64,000 nucleotides of DNA from Octopus vulgaris (GCA_951406725.2 OX597819.1:30318001-30382000); one strand, 5' to 3'; shown: positions 1 through 13,185, numbered from the stretch's first letter. Numbers and translations are program-made. The notes: generated by a model not told the origin, from the sequence alone.

Positions 1-677
1 AACCATGACTGAATGAAAGATAAAAATCGTTCCCTGCAGTGTGTGAACTCTCAATGTAAAGCTATGTAATTAAATATTGCAAAGTATTTGTCTGGCAAAC
101 TCACAATTCTGCCATATGTTCTTATTTTAATATCTCACAATGATTTTAAGTTTCCTGGCTTTGAGCAAAAAAAAAATATATAAGAGGATCATTTAATTGT
201 GATTTTATTCAACATATTCCTCTCTCAGATTTACACAATTATTGCAGTGGTCCTTCAGTTTTTCTAGGCCCTGTAAAAGAACTCGGAAGGTTGGGCCTTT
301 CACAATACCCTTAAGACCAGGAACTTTTCAGCACCCTCTCATACTTTATGCAGATAAATCTCTTCTGGACACTGATGATCCAGAACTTTTAACAATCCAT
401 ACTAATCTACATGCAAAAACTTCAAATTCCTACGATCACTAGATTAATATACTGAGTTTCACAGTACCTTGCACAGTAAATTAATAAACTTGTATAATAT
501 ATAATAATGTATAGGTACCAGTATTTCATTTAATAGGAAATCAGTTGGATATAATTTGCTGAAGGCTTATTACAGTATCAGTGCTAATGCACATTATAAA
601 TACACAATAAACTTATAGATGCACATACACAAGCTCAAAAACATTGCACATAATGTCATTATTTTGTATAGACTCAC

Positions 678-794
678 CTTATCTTTGACCCACTAATATC
701 AAATTCAATGTGCATACATGAACGGTCTGTATTTTTGAATAATTCTTTGTTGACAACAACTGGAGCCAGGAATGGGTTTTTAGCATCATAAGGA
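678..794 (-). CDS. POR: POR coding exon 8 (117 nt), start of FAD-binding domain; gene continues left of the window
   Basis: (P)PYDAKNPFLAPVVVNKELFKNTDRSCMHIEFDISGSKI(R); ttctttaccag| and AG|gtgagt. Confidence 0.97.
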
Positions 795-1380
795 CTGGTA
801 AAGAAAAATTTAATGTAGAAATAAAATGTATAATTTAGTGCAATAATATATATTTTTTTTATAATTTAACTCATATACATGTGATATTGCATGGAATGAA
901 CTGTTTTACTTTTCTTATCCAGAGATAACCTAGCAATGACTAAAAACTGATCATAATCCATATATACTTGAGTAGACACCTGTTACCATATTCAACAGTC
1001 CATAGAAAGGTTAATTAAACTCAACCTTGCAAGCTGTTGACAAGTAGCCTGCTAATTAGCTATTACAAGATAGCTATCGTTAGCAAAAGTACAGCACAAC
1101 TAGGTGAACCAATATGAATTATCAACATTTAGATCCAAAGACGAACAGCAAAGTATAAACTGAACCAACTTTAACTCTCATAATAATACACCATAATTGC
1201 TATTTCTTCTTTATGTGCCATGCCTACTAGCATCAGCAATTGCAGACCTTCAAAACATCCTGTCTTGCATACATGATAGTGTGTTACTTAGAAAGGTCTT
1301 TCTGCAGCTGGCTGGTAAAGTCACCTAATAATAATCTTCTGGTTAAAAAAAAAAAAAAAAAAAAAGTAAATATTCTCTAT

Positions 1381-1780
1381 AGGCGCAGGAGTGGCTGTGT
1401 GGTAAGAAGCTTGCTAACCAACCACATGGTTTCGGGTTCAGTCCCACTGCGTGGCATCTTGGGCTAGTGTCTTCTGCTATAGCCCCGGGCCGACCAATGC
1501 CTTGTGAGTGGATTTGGTAGATGGAAACTGAAAGAAGCCTGTCGTATATATGTATATATATGTATATGTATGCGTGTGTTTGTCCCCCTAGCATTGCTTG
1601 ACAACCGATGCTGGTGTGTTTACGTCCCCGTCACTTAGCGGTTCGGCAAAAGAGACCGATAGAATAAGTACTGGGCTTACAAAGAATAAGACCCGGGGTC
1701 GATTTGCTCGACTAAAGGCGGTGCTCCAGCATGGCCGCAGTCAAATGACTGAAACAAGTAAAGAGTAAAAGATAAAGAGT
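1381..1780 (+). mobile_element. tRNA-derived SINE family A (CORE-like), full length, internal (TA)n/(TG)n
   Basis: A box gtggctgtgtgg, B box ggttcagtccc, core ggca(c/t)cttgggc-agtgtctt, tail gaaacaagtaaa(a)gag. More than 10 copies in the window. Confidence 0.9.
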
Positions 1781-2572
1781 ATTTACTAGTTTCAGTTAAT
1801 GGACCATGCCCTGATGGGACATCACTGCCAAGATAACCATTTTACCAAATGTATTTTATCAAGTGAATAAGTTTTACCAGATTTTCATCTATTTTAGAGA
1901 TTCAACTTCCCTCTTTTTCTGGACATAAATACAACAGAGTATTTACTGACATGCAAATTTCTGTTTCAGCACTTGTGCCTCCTAACCTCTACACACACAG
2001 GTTTGTTCATTTAAACATTATATTTTTCCACTTTAGAAAAGGTTGGGCAAGGACTTACATGAGGCAGCATTTTCTAGCCATATATCCTTCCTGTCACCAA
2101 CCCTTACCTTGTTCTCGAGTAAGAAATGTTATATTCCACTGCTATTATGAAACCACAAAGTGGATGGTCATAATACCAAGAAGGAATGTAAACTTCATGT
2201 CACCACTTTGCTCAGATGGTGACAAACAAAACAGTGGACTAACAACATTCGCACACAAACACACACACACCTCTTTCGTCTAATACTTCCACTCACAAGC
2301 CATACATATATCCAGTTTTACTTACACAACATTATCTCAAAGCTATGGTAGAAGGCATTTGTCCGAGATGCCATACAGTGGGATTGAACCATAAACACAT
2401 GGCTGCAAAGCGAACATCTTAACCACACAGCCACAACTTCTAAATTATAAAATGTTCTTTACTTTCATAATTGAAGTAGATTCACTAAAATTAGTATCAA
2501 ACAATATCTTAATTTAAAAAGGATAATGCTTAACACACCTGCATCCTTGTATCCACACAGATCACACCCATA

Positions 2573-2802
2573 CATCATCATTGTTTAGCATCTGTTTTTC
2601 ATGCTAGCATGGGTTGGACAGTTCAACTGGGGTCTGTGAAGCCGGAAGGCTTCATCAGACCTAGTCAGATCTGGCAGTGTTTCTACGGCTGGATGCCCTT
2701 CCTAACGCCAACCACTCCGTGAGTGTAGTGGGTGCTTTTTACGTGCCACCCACACAGGTGCCAGACAGAGCTGGCAAACGGCCACGAACAAATGGTGCTT
2801 TT
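2573..2802 (-). mobile_element. RTE LINE 3'UTR fragment with (GAT)n tail
   Basis: Reverse complement of the 3' tail attached to the RTE ORF at 40303-41496. Confidence 0.85.
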
Positions 2803-4115
2803 TAAAAAAGGGGGACATAATAAGCTACTTTACTATAACATCTTCCTGCATTATCTTGAATATCTTTTCTCAAGAATTCTTTTAATTTGTAACATGCCTG
2901 CATTCATTCATTCATTAACAAACATCCTGTATATTTCTGCAGTCAATAAAGATCTGCAGCAATTCTCTTCTTCTGCCATTTCCCACAAGCTTGATGTGGT
3001 TTCACTATTTACCCTCCCTTACTTTCATATAGAGATATGCATACCCTTCATACGAACACAAGAGAAAGAAAAACTTTTAAGTTTTAATTTGATAAAGGTA
3101 AAAAAAAAAAAAAAAAAAAAGCATAACATTAAAAATACATCAAACAACAAAAATGTAAAACATGCAGCCAAACAACATAGAATTAAATTTTCTTTTTCTT
3201 TTTCAGATGTAACAAAAATAGCAGTAAACAGTTGCAGTGGGAACCTTTGATTCATGACATCAATGAGGTTATTTATACAGTATGCTATTATAGAAAAAAA
3301 TTACTGCTTTTGGCTTTGAGGCAGCTCTTTGTTGCCTTTGTTATTATTTAAGTATACATAAACCCAGTCAGGATAGATATGTAACGCAAACGGAATCCTT
3401 TAAGGCTTGCTGAGTGAAAATAAATCTACTGTCTCCAACATACAAGTTGATATAGTATATAGTGTGAGCGTTCAAACATTGTCACTATCTTTCCAAATCC
3501 TGCTACATTTCACATTGAAATTTTGGTCATCCAAAGTTGTTCTGGTATACAAGTCAACCTATATTTTTTGGCTGTAAATTTTGCTCTGAGAAATTCGACT
3601 TGTACGCCAGATCAACACTAACTCTATCAAATTATTTGTTTTCTTGCTATGATATATTTAACCTCTGGTTAAACTGTTTCACTGATGAGATTTAACAAAG
3701 CTAAAATTTATCCACTTATTACCATACTGCTAAACACCAGAATTACTCCCACCACTGTATTCCATATTCAGTTAATAGTAACTAAATTTGGGCATGATTG
3801 CATAGCAAAGTTCACTTCACTGCCATGTGACTTCAGGTTCCATCCTATTGCATGGAATTTTAAATGACTTCTTCCCTCAAGTCTAAGAATGACTAATGCC
3901 ATATGAATGATAGAAACTGATATAAAAAGCCCATTATATATCAACATCTCTAGCACCTACTTTTCCATGTTTGCATGGGTCAGACAAAATTCATTGAGCT
4001 GGATTTTCTCCAGCTAAATTCTCAGCCTGTTGCCAACTCTCACCAGCTTCCAACCAAAGTGATATTTCCCCAGGGCCAGACATGTTTTCACAAAAGACTG
4101 GATTGTAATAATATG

Positions 4116-4595
4116 TAATAATAATAATGAAATTATTGTATACAGTGCTCAGGTGCACCACAACTTGTCAAAAGTGTGTATAAAGTGTATGCAGTAATGC
4201 ACAAATGTCTGGAAAGCGAACAGTGTATGAGTCAGATACATGCTTACGTGTGTATGGAGGGGAGAAAATCAGGTGTAGTGTTGGCGAATCTCAGGAAGCA
4301 TGGAAGTTTTGAAGGAAGCAGTGCTCCGACAACTAACAACTGATGCCGGCAGTTTGTTCCATGCTTCAGCAATTCTTAGCATGAAAAAATGTTTCCGAAA
4401 GTCATGGGAGCTGTGCTGTTTTCTGACTTTGTAAACATGTCCACAGGTGTTAGACAAGTAGAGTTTGAAAAGGTGCTCAGAGTTATTGTTTGTAAGATGG
4501 TTAATACTTTTATGGGTGTCTGCCAAGTCAGCTGCCAGACGTCGGAGTTTCACTGTGTCTATGCCCAGGGAAGTTTGTGTGACAGACTGTAAAAA
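4116..4595 (-). mobile_element. CR1-clade LINE 3' fragment
   Basis: ORF end GHVYKVRKQHSSHDFRKHFFMLRIAEAWNKLPASVV is a typical CR1 ORF2 C-terminus; (ATT)n tail. Confidence 0.85.
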
Positions 4596-4807
4596 TGATG
4601 TTAATTACAATTTTTTTGAGTAATCTTCACTTTCTTTTCTAACAAGAAATAATTATTTAGAAAATGATTGTCATCTTCAATAACAATGGAATTTTAAATG
4701 AATTAAGTTTCCTTACTTACTGTATCAAATATGCTAATGCCCACACTACTATAACATAAATTAGCTCATAAGCATCCTTTTACATATATTACTGATAGCT
4801 ACAATTA

Positions 4808-5083
4808 AAAACAGCATTCTGTATATCTTACTTAATATTGATATATTGGAGAAAGCCACAAGACTGCAATATTTGTCTTGAGAAACAATCTTGTATAGAT
4901 GTATAAGTGCTAAAAGCAAAGAGTTATATCAGAAGTAGATACTTTCCATCTGCTGTAGGCATTCTTCTGTGATTTTTTTTAGCACTATATGTCTAAGTGC
5001 AATGCCTTCTCGAGATGAACATTGCAGTTTTTTGGCTTTCTACAGTTTATCCACGTTAAGTAAGATATACAGAATGTTGTTTT
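4808..5083. repeat. Imperfect inverted repeat, ~108-bp arms, ~60-bp loop
   Basis: 4808-4915 aligns with the reverse complement of 4977-5083, including a perfect cattctgtatatcttacttaa block. Confidence 0.85.
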
Positions 5084-5181
5084 GAACTAATACTGCTTGT
5101 CCCTAATAACAAACGAAAACATATTTATATAACTGTTTCTAAAAATACATAAAAATATTAGAAAAAAGAAAAAGGACTCAC

Positions 5182-5283
5182 GGTTTCTGAGCAGTGTAAG
5201 ACCCCATTCTAAACATCTCTCCTTGATAATATTGATCTTCTTCACTCAGATCTTCATGGACTGTCAACTGGTATTGACGCAAG
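5182..5283 (-). CDS. POR: POR coding exon 7 (102 nt), hinge and connecting domain
   Basis: (S)LRQYQLTVHEDLSEEDQYYQGEMFRMGSYTAQK(P); tactaattcccag| acceptor, |gtgagt donor. Confidence 0.95.
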
Positions 5284-5509
5284 CTGGGAATTAGTAAGAC
5301 AGAAATGTTTTGCTTAGAAACCATATATGTGTGTGTGCACATGATGTATATATAGCAGATAATAGATAGGAAAAGAAGTTCTAGAACATCTAAGTGGAAA
5401 GAAACTGTGGAAGAGGAACAAAAGAAATGGTAAAAGGCTGTGTTAGAAACAACCCTTCCAACCTGTGCAAGCATGGGTTGGTAAATGTGAAAGTGATGAT
5501 GTGTGTGTG

Positions 5510-6450
5510 TGTGTATACACACATACATGCAAATACACACATGCATGTAAACACACACTCCCACATGCATGTATACACACACGACCACATGCATGTATAC
5601 ACACACGCCCACATACATGTATACACACACGCCCACATGCATGTATTCACACACCCACATGCATGTATTCACACACCCACATGCATGTATTCGCACACCC
5701 ACATGCATGTATACACACACACACGCCCACATGCATGTATACACACACGCCCACATGCATGTATTCACACACCCACATGCATGTATTCACACACCCCACA
5801 TGCACGTATACACACATTCACATGCATGTATTCGCACACACCCACATGCATGTATTCACACACCCACATGCATGTATTCACATACACACATGCATGTATT
5901 CACATACACACATGCATGTGTTCACATACACACATGCATGTGTTCACATACACACATGCATGTGTTCACATACACACATGCATGTATTCACATACACACA
6001 TGCATGTATTCACATACACACATGCATGTATTCACATACACACATGCATGTTTTCACATACACACATGCATGTTTTCACATACACACATGCATGTGTTCA
6101 CATATACACATGCATGTGTTCACATACACACATGCATGTATACACACACTCACATGCATGTGTTCACATACACTCACATGCATGTGTTCACATACACACA
6201 TGCATGTATTCACATACACACATGCATGTTTTCACATACACACATGCATGTATTCACATACACACATGCATGTTTTCACATACACACATGCATGTGTTCA
6301 CATACACACATGCATGTGTTCACATACACACATGCATGTGTTCACATACACACATGCATGTGTTCACATACACACATGCATGTATACACACACTCACATG
6401 CATGTGTTCACATACACACTCACATGCATGTATTCACATACACACCCACA
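5510..6450. repeat. 22-bp minisatellite (cacatacacacatgcatgt[ag]tt)n, ~40 copies
   Basis: Direct inspection. Explains the spurious H/T/C/M-rich ORFs in all frames. Confidence 0.97.
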
Positions 6451-6559
6451 TGGATATATATATATAATGGCACTCCACCTAATGAAGCAGATTGGCCTGC
6501 AGAAACCTTGAAACCAGTTCTACATAAAAAGCACTTCCACCTGAGCCACATACAAGCGT

Positions 6560-6745
6560 TCATGCCGGTGCCACATTAAAAGCACCCAGCACACACTGTA
6601 TAGAGGTTGGCATTAGGAAGGAAATCCAACCATAGAAACCAAGCCAAATCAGAATAAAACCTGATGCAGCTATCCTATTTGCCAACTCTGGTCGAAATGT
6701 ACAACTCATGCCAGAATGGAAAACAGACGTTAAAGGATGATGATG
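6560..6745 (+). mobile_element. RTE 3'UTR tail, older copy; similar copies at ~9430-9765, 12215-12317, 12857-12977, 35100-35675, 43900-44065 (+) and 35920-36230 (-)
   Basis: Shared aaagcaccc..ggttggcattaggaagg..aacccatgccagcatggaaa..gatgatgat. Confidence 0.75.
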
Positions 6746-6817
6746 AAATACACATGCATACATCCCACACAAACACACATAATATAACAAAGAGTTAAGC
6801 AAAAGACAAACACAAAC

Positions 6818-6907
6818 CTTATATCTGTCTCAACAGCTTCAATGCCAAAATATTCACCAATTGCTGGCCAGAGTCTTTCTCTCCAAGATAAGAAATCTTC
6901 TTCAATG
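6818..6907 (-). CDS. POR: POR coding exon 6 (90 nt), end of FMN domain and hinge
   Basis: (N)IEEDFLSWRERLWPAIGEYFGIEAVETDI(S); ttttttag| and AG|gtttgt. Confidence 0.95.
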
Positions 6908-8318
6908 CTAAAAAAGCAAAACAGATTAAAAATATAAAAATGTCTATAAACTATCAATGAAGGAGGTTTAAGGAGTTTACATCAGCCATTTGAGAAAATT
7001 TGTTGTTTCATCCCACATCCCTACCACACCCTGGTCAGCCCCAATTTAGATTCAAAGCAGTCTTGCAATTATGTACATGGACAATATTGTGCCTTTTTTC
7101 CTTCTTTTACATGCAAGTAAGATATGAGTTGAAGATTTGGCTTCTATTTCTAGCATATATAGCAACAACAGTCACTCAACCTGCCAGAAAAATAACAGCT
7201 AAATTTTCCTCAAGTCACACTGTACCATCTTCAATAACAAAGATATACAGCTGAAGCATTATTGCTCTTGAACTTTAGCTGCCCACATTGTGGCTTTTTA
7301 CTTTTAACTACTCATTTTGATTCACTATGTGAAGGTCAAATCCATTTAATTTTATTTGGACCATCCACCCCATTAATGTGATTGGCTAGCCTAGCATCTG
7401 TTAATCAGCTATAAAATGAGAAGTTTTGACCCACTAAATTCCTAGGGAGGAGAGTTTTGCTACAAGTGACCTGGGATTTTGATGTGAGAACAGTTTGCTT
7501 TCACTTTGCACTTTTCAGCTTGAACAGAATTCAAACCAGAATCCTCAACATTATGCTTGGTGTCTTAACAACATTTGAACAGAATTATAGCCAGAATTTT
7601 TGTGATGTCGTATTCCATGTTTTTCTAACCGTTCTGTCTTCATTTTTATGAGCATTTAAAACTATACAATATATTGATAATTATTAATGTCCAACCAGTT
7701 TGCTGTATCAAATTTTAGCCATAATAATAAATATTTCTTTGTAGTCAATTGCAACTTGTCTTTGAATTTGTTTATTATTGTCCATCCTGAATTCATTTAA
7801 CAGATTACATAATATATCAGACCTTAAAACTGCAATTCATACAACCATATATATATACCTTATGGCTAAAGATGCTTGTTTAGCATATACTATGCCTCAG
7901 ATATAACACAAAGTGGCTAGAATGCCTTTGAGAATAAGTTTTCTTGATGACACAGCATGGCTGAATTGTTAAGAAGTTTGCTTTGCAATCATGAGGTCCT
8001 ACGATTTCAGTCTCACTGTGAGACATCTTGAGCCAGTATCTTTTTATCACAGCCCTCAGTCAACCCAAACCTTGTGAGTGAAATTAATCAGAGAGGATCT
8101 GTTACAGGAGCCTGCCAGATGGGCTGCACTATAATTCTAAAGTTCAGCCTTGACTCTGGTAAGGGTACATATCTGTGGAATACTCAGGCACTAACAACGA
8201 GCAGGTAGCTCAGGTGATCAAACAATTGAGTTCTCATCAGAACCAATAGAGATCCATTTGATGAAGGCTGACTTAGGGTTACACAACAACATAAAAATCA
8301 GTTTTAATCTACATTTAC

Positions 8319-8443
8319 TTTGCATCATCATCTCCAAAACCAAGTTCAAAGATCCGTGTTGCTCCAAGTTCCTCTAACCGTTTATCTACAAAAATTCCCA
8401 TTGCATTATAATGTTCATATGTTTTGTTTCCAAGACCAAACAC
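8319..8443 (-). CDS. POR: POR coding exon 5 (125 nt), FMN domain
   Basis: [41 protein letters not shown](N); tttctag| and |gtaaat. Missed by the ORF track. Confidence 0.97.
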
Positions 8444-8632
8444 CTAGAAAGAAAAGAAAAATAACGACCATATTTTTAATGTAATATACAGTCTATTAGC
8501 GTTTCAGTTATTTTTTTTAGATAATCAAGAATTTGATGGGATTTTGTAAAATAACATTTATATTAATGTTGATTGGTGTTCTTACATAAAATCACCGTAG
8601 ATTTTAATTTAATTTAAATATAGACCTTTTAA

Positions 8633-8842
8633 TCTATCAGCATTTAAATTAGCCAACATATTCTACCTGTTTTATGTTCAAACTAGCCAGATCCAGCCTC
8701 TTACACCTGCACTACATTGTCATTTTATAAATAAACCATCACATTATTGAAATTTCAAAGTTAAGAAATAATGCATGATTAATTCAAAACAATATGAATA
8801 AATAAGCATTACATTTGATAAAGTATTCTGAATACTAAAGGG
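8633..8842. mobile_element. piggyBac-type MITE, degenerate copy
   Basis: Same family as 43587-43806; ends taaaggg, TTAA on the left. Confidence 0.7.
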
Positions 8843-10612
8843 CTAAAACAGGTTTTGTACCATAGCAAAGGAGTGCTTTCAGACAGGTCAGTATCAATTA
8901 CGTGAGAAAAATATTCTGAGTTTTAAACAAAAACAAAATATTAATTTCTTCAAACACTTTGTTGCTTTCATCTCAGAGTCTAATAAATAGCATACTGAAG
9001 ATTCTATTTGCCTTGCCAAAATGGGTATGAAATGTAAAGGTTTTAAAATAGAGCACATTTCAAGTGGCAACAATTTTTTTTAATCACCACCACCCCGCAA
9101 GAAGTGTTAAATAATTGAAAATTCATTTGTAACAGAAATTAGATCAAAGACAATAACTTGCTAGAAGTCTGCTGTCTATTCAACATGCATCATCAAAGAT
9201 AACTATGAGAAGGGTGGTTTTTTATCCAACTAGAGTTATGGAACACCTCCCTCTATCCCCTCTGGACTACTTATACTACCCCCACAGGTAACTGTGGGAG
9301 CAGGCCCTATCACTCCGTCTACCTATCTCTCCCACTTTTCTCTCCTTCTTTGTCCTACTGTATCTCCTCAATAGTAAGAAGGCTACCTTTACCATACTCT
9401 AATCTCTCAGTTCCACTCCTTCGCTCAGTTGAGAGGTCCTTGTCTTGCAAGCTTGCAGGTGCTGGTACCACATATAGGGCATCCATGCCAGCACCATGTA
9501 TAGGGCACCTGTTTCAGGGTTACATATAAAGCACCTGTGCCACATATAAAGCATTTGTGCTGATGCCTCGTGTAAAGCACTGGTGCCACATTAAAAAGCA
9601 CCCAGTACACTCTATAAAATGGTTGGCATCAGAAAGGGCTTCCAGCCATAGAAACCACAACAAAACAGACAATTAGAGCTGAGTGCAGCTCTCCAACTTG
9701 CAAGTTCCTGTTAAACCATCCAACCCATGCCAGCATGGAAAGCAGATGTTAAATGATGATGATGAAGTTAAATGAGAATGTGAAAAAAAAAAAAAAAAAA
9801 AATTTTAGCTGAAGCAATTCCATGAAGTTAAGTATACATGTTAAGTATGAAAGCTAAATCTTGTTTTTCATCAGATGCCAATAGGACTCCACTGAAAGTC
9901 TGTACCTATTTTCAATGAACTGACATACACATAATTAACTATCATGTCAATACTATGAAACAAATGATAAGTATAGATCTGAATAACAGATGTGTAACAG
10001 TTAAAAATAATTGGTGAAACATACATTGTAACTTACTTTTTAAATATATGTTATAAGTTCATAATTGTACTTTTATATTAATATAAAAGAAATGAATATA
10101 CTCTATGATATAGCTAGACAGTGTATTTATTAACAGTAAACTCTATACATTTATAGATTATATACACAATCTAAATACCTCTACTACACACAAAATATGG
10201 TTTAATGGCTAGGGTGCTGAACTTAGGAACATGAAGTCATAGGTTGAATTCCTGGACTAGGTAGTAGGTTGGATCTTTGAGAAAGGTACTTCAATTCCTG
10301 TTGCTCCAGATCACTTGGTTGTAAATGAGCACCAGCCAAATGCTATGCAGTACTTTCTTTGTCCTGCAGTCACATCTTGAATGTTCCAATGGACCAAGGG
10401 TGGAAAAACCAAAAGAGTATGTACAAAAGGCACCTAAAACAATTAGCGAAGCCTGTACATGCTACCATATCATATTCACCAGTGAATGATGGTTATGGTT
10501 TTTACACCCCACACAAGAGACTCTTCAGAATCAGCACTCAGCTTTGGATGGTTCACAGCATTAAACAGACAAGAGAACAAACCTTCTTTGGATACAATGC
10601 TAGTTACTTGAA

Positions 10613-10871
10613 TCTTGTAGTTTCGTGATTGTTTATTTTTAGAATGACATTGTAGGGTAGGTGTGAGAGGCTAAAACCTGGCCTGTTTTGAACATAAAGC
10701 AGGAAGAATGATTGGACCAGACAATACTAAAGGGTTAAATAGATCAACATTGTTGATCTATTTAACCCTTTAGTATTCTTCCTGCTTTATGTTCAAAACA
10801 GGCCAGGTTTTAGCCTCTCACACCTACCCTACAATGTCATTCTAAAAATAAACAATCACGAAACTACAAGA
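10613..10871. repeat. Near-perfect ~260-bp palindrome built from a piggyBac-MITE end
   Basis: Arms are exact reverse complements around t10750, except a 16-nt indel (gattggaccagacaat). Confidence 0.95.
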
Positions 10872-12388
10872 CAATGCATGATTAATTCAAAACGATGTGA
10901 ATAAATAAACAGCTAAGTGAATTTAGACATGTAGAATTAAGTACCCAAATACACAATGAACTAACTGTAATAGTTTTAGCATAATAATCATGATCCCATA
11001 TTAATTATACCTATATGATAATTATACAAAAGATACATATAAAAAATTTTTAATTTTACTGGAGATAGAAGTGCATTTGGTATGATACCATAAATGAATA
11101 TAAAGATAAGTAGTTGAGGCAAGCTTAAAACATAAAATGGAGAGTTCTACAAACCATTCTAAAATAATAGGCATGATGTTGTAGAATATTCTAGGTACCT
11201 AACAAAACCACATTTTTCCAGACGAAAACTGCAGTCTGGCTTTTTTGACTACACCCATATGTTAACTATAGATCTGCTTCTAATTTATTGCATAACTCAG
11301 ATTTTATTCTGCTTATGCAGCACCTTTGCAAACCAATGTTTAGTTTATACACTATCTCTATATACTTCAGACTAGCTAATTTGATTTTGTTTCAGAAGTG
11401 ACATGAGTGCATGATATCGAGAAGTCACAACAACAAAATACATATCTGTTACTCTCATGGTCACTTCAGGGGCAGTTTTCACCCAGCTCTGAAATATATT
11501 GTTTCATAATGCAATATTTCTATAAAAAGATTTTTCTCGGGCAGAACCTACAACCTCTGGATTTGGGGATTTTTCAACTAATAAAGTTTATTTTATAGAG
11601 TTGCTTCTATAGCATAACTCAAATTAAAAAAAAAATTTTTTTATCAGTCAGTCAGAAGAGCAGTGTCCGCAACCTCTTGCGGGATTCTGGGACTGGTGGA
11701 GTACGCTATCGTCAGGCCAGGTGATGTGGTTGTTAAACTAGGTTAACATGGTTTCAGGTTCAGTCCCATTGCAGAGCACCTTGGGCAAGTGTCAGCTATA
11801 CCCACAAACTAACCAATGTCATATGAAGGAATTTGTTAAAAGGAAACTTGTATAAGCCTATTGTGTGTGTGAGGGGGGTGCATGCATGCATGCACATGTG
11901 CATTCATATGCAAATCTGTGACAATGTTTAAATGTTCCACACTTTAAATGTAGCACCACTTGAGCAAAGCAGTGTTGATGCTGATATTCCTTGTTGGCAT
12001 TATGGCCAGTCACTCTTTTGAAGACTTGTGCATTAAAAATATCCCTTACTGAAAAAGCAGGTAGAGACTGATTACCAGAAGAGCACCCAGCTGTAAAATC
12101 CTGACTTACAGAGATCTCTATCCAAACCCATGCCAGCACTGAAAATAATGGTTCTTAAACAAATGAACTATAAATACCAACCAATAAGAAAAAAAATATT
12201 AATTAGAATGATCAGAACCTGGTGCAGTCACCTCCCCAGTCCAAGTTTACCCGTTTTCAATCAAACCATCCAACCCATGCCAGTATGGAAAGCAAATGTT
12301 AAATGTTGATGATGATGGGAATGAGTAAAACATTAAGAAAAAAAGAAAAACACAATAGTATTAAATCAATTTTTTTTTTGTTACTTAC

Positions 12389-12538
12389 AGCATAACGAAG
12401 ACCATTAAGTTCAATTTCATCTTGCTGCAACAAATTGAAGAACTCTTGAGCATTATCTGTAGGGTCTCCTTCACCATATGTTGCCATACAGAATATAGCA
12501 AGGGAATTCTCTATTTCAGAAAAATTACTTAGTTCTTC
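12389..12538 (-). CDS. POR: POR coding exon 4 (150 nt), FMN domain
   Basis: EELSNFSEIENSLAIFCMATYGEGDPTDNAQEFFNLLQQDEIELNGLRYA; canonical AG/GT. Confidence 0.97.
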
Positions 12539-12689
12539 CTATTAAAGAAAGATTTATCAAATAATGAACTTTCATTAAATCATATTACACATTCAATAGA
12601 AAACAGAATACACTCTCAAAATCAATACTGGCATTTTCAAAACTAACCACACTGCTTCAATATTTAAGTATTTCTCTCTGTGTGCAAGC

Positions 12690-13185
12690 AAAGTAAGTGA
12701 TGTGTGATAAGAAGCTTGCTTCCCAGCCATACAGTTCCAGGTCCCACTGCTTGGTACCTTGGGCAAGTGTCTTCAACTATAGACTCAGGCCAACCAAAGC
12801 TTTGAGAGTGGATTTGGTAGATGGAAACTGAAAGAATCCCATCATGTACATATGTATAGCCATAGAAACCATGCGAAATCAGATTGGAACCTGGTGCAGG
12901 TCATCAGCTTACCAGTTTTTAGTGAAACCATCCAGCCCTTGCCACGTTAAATGATGATAATGATGATGATGATGATGTGTGTGTGTGTCTTTGTGATGTA
13001 CCCCACCACTGCTAGACAACTGGTGCTGGTGCGTTTGCATCCCCATAACTTAGCAGTTCAGCAAAAGAGACTGATAGAATAAGTACTAGGCTTGAAAAAA
13101 ATAAGCCCTGCGGTTGATTTGTTTGACTAAAGCCCTTCAAGGCAGTGCCCCAACATGGCCGCTGTCAAATGACTGAAATGAAATG
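12690..13185 (+). mobile_element. SINE family A interrupted by an RTE tail (12857-12977)
   Basis: Head, core and tail match 1381-1780. Confidence 0.8.

Noticed and set aside
2880-3060. Purine-rich minus-strand stretch as a possible alternative POR exon
   Set aside because: No frame resembles POR, stops are present, and exons 7 and 8 already join in frame.
4945-5060. Possible H/ACA snoRNA on the minus strand (hairpin followed by ACA)
   Set aside because: No ANANNA hinge box, and the segment is explained as one arm of the 4808-5083 inverted repeat.
5178-6579. Long His/Thr/Cys/Met-rich ORFs of up to 357 aa
   Set aside because: Translation of a stop-free 22-bp minisatellite open in several frames. 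Only the last ~34 codons of the 5178-5768 ORF are real (POR exon 7).
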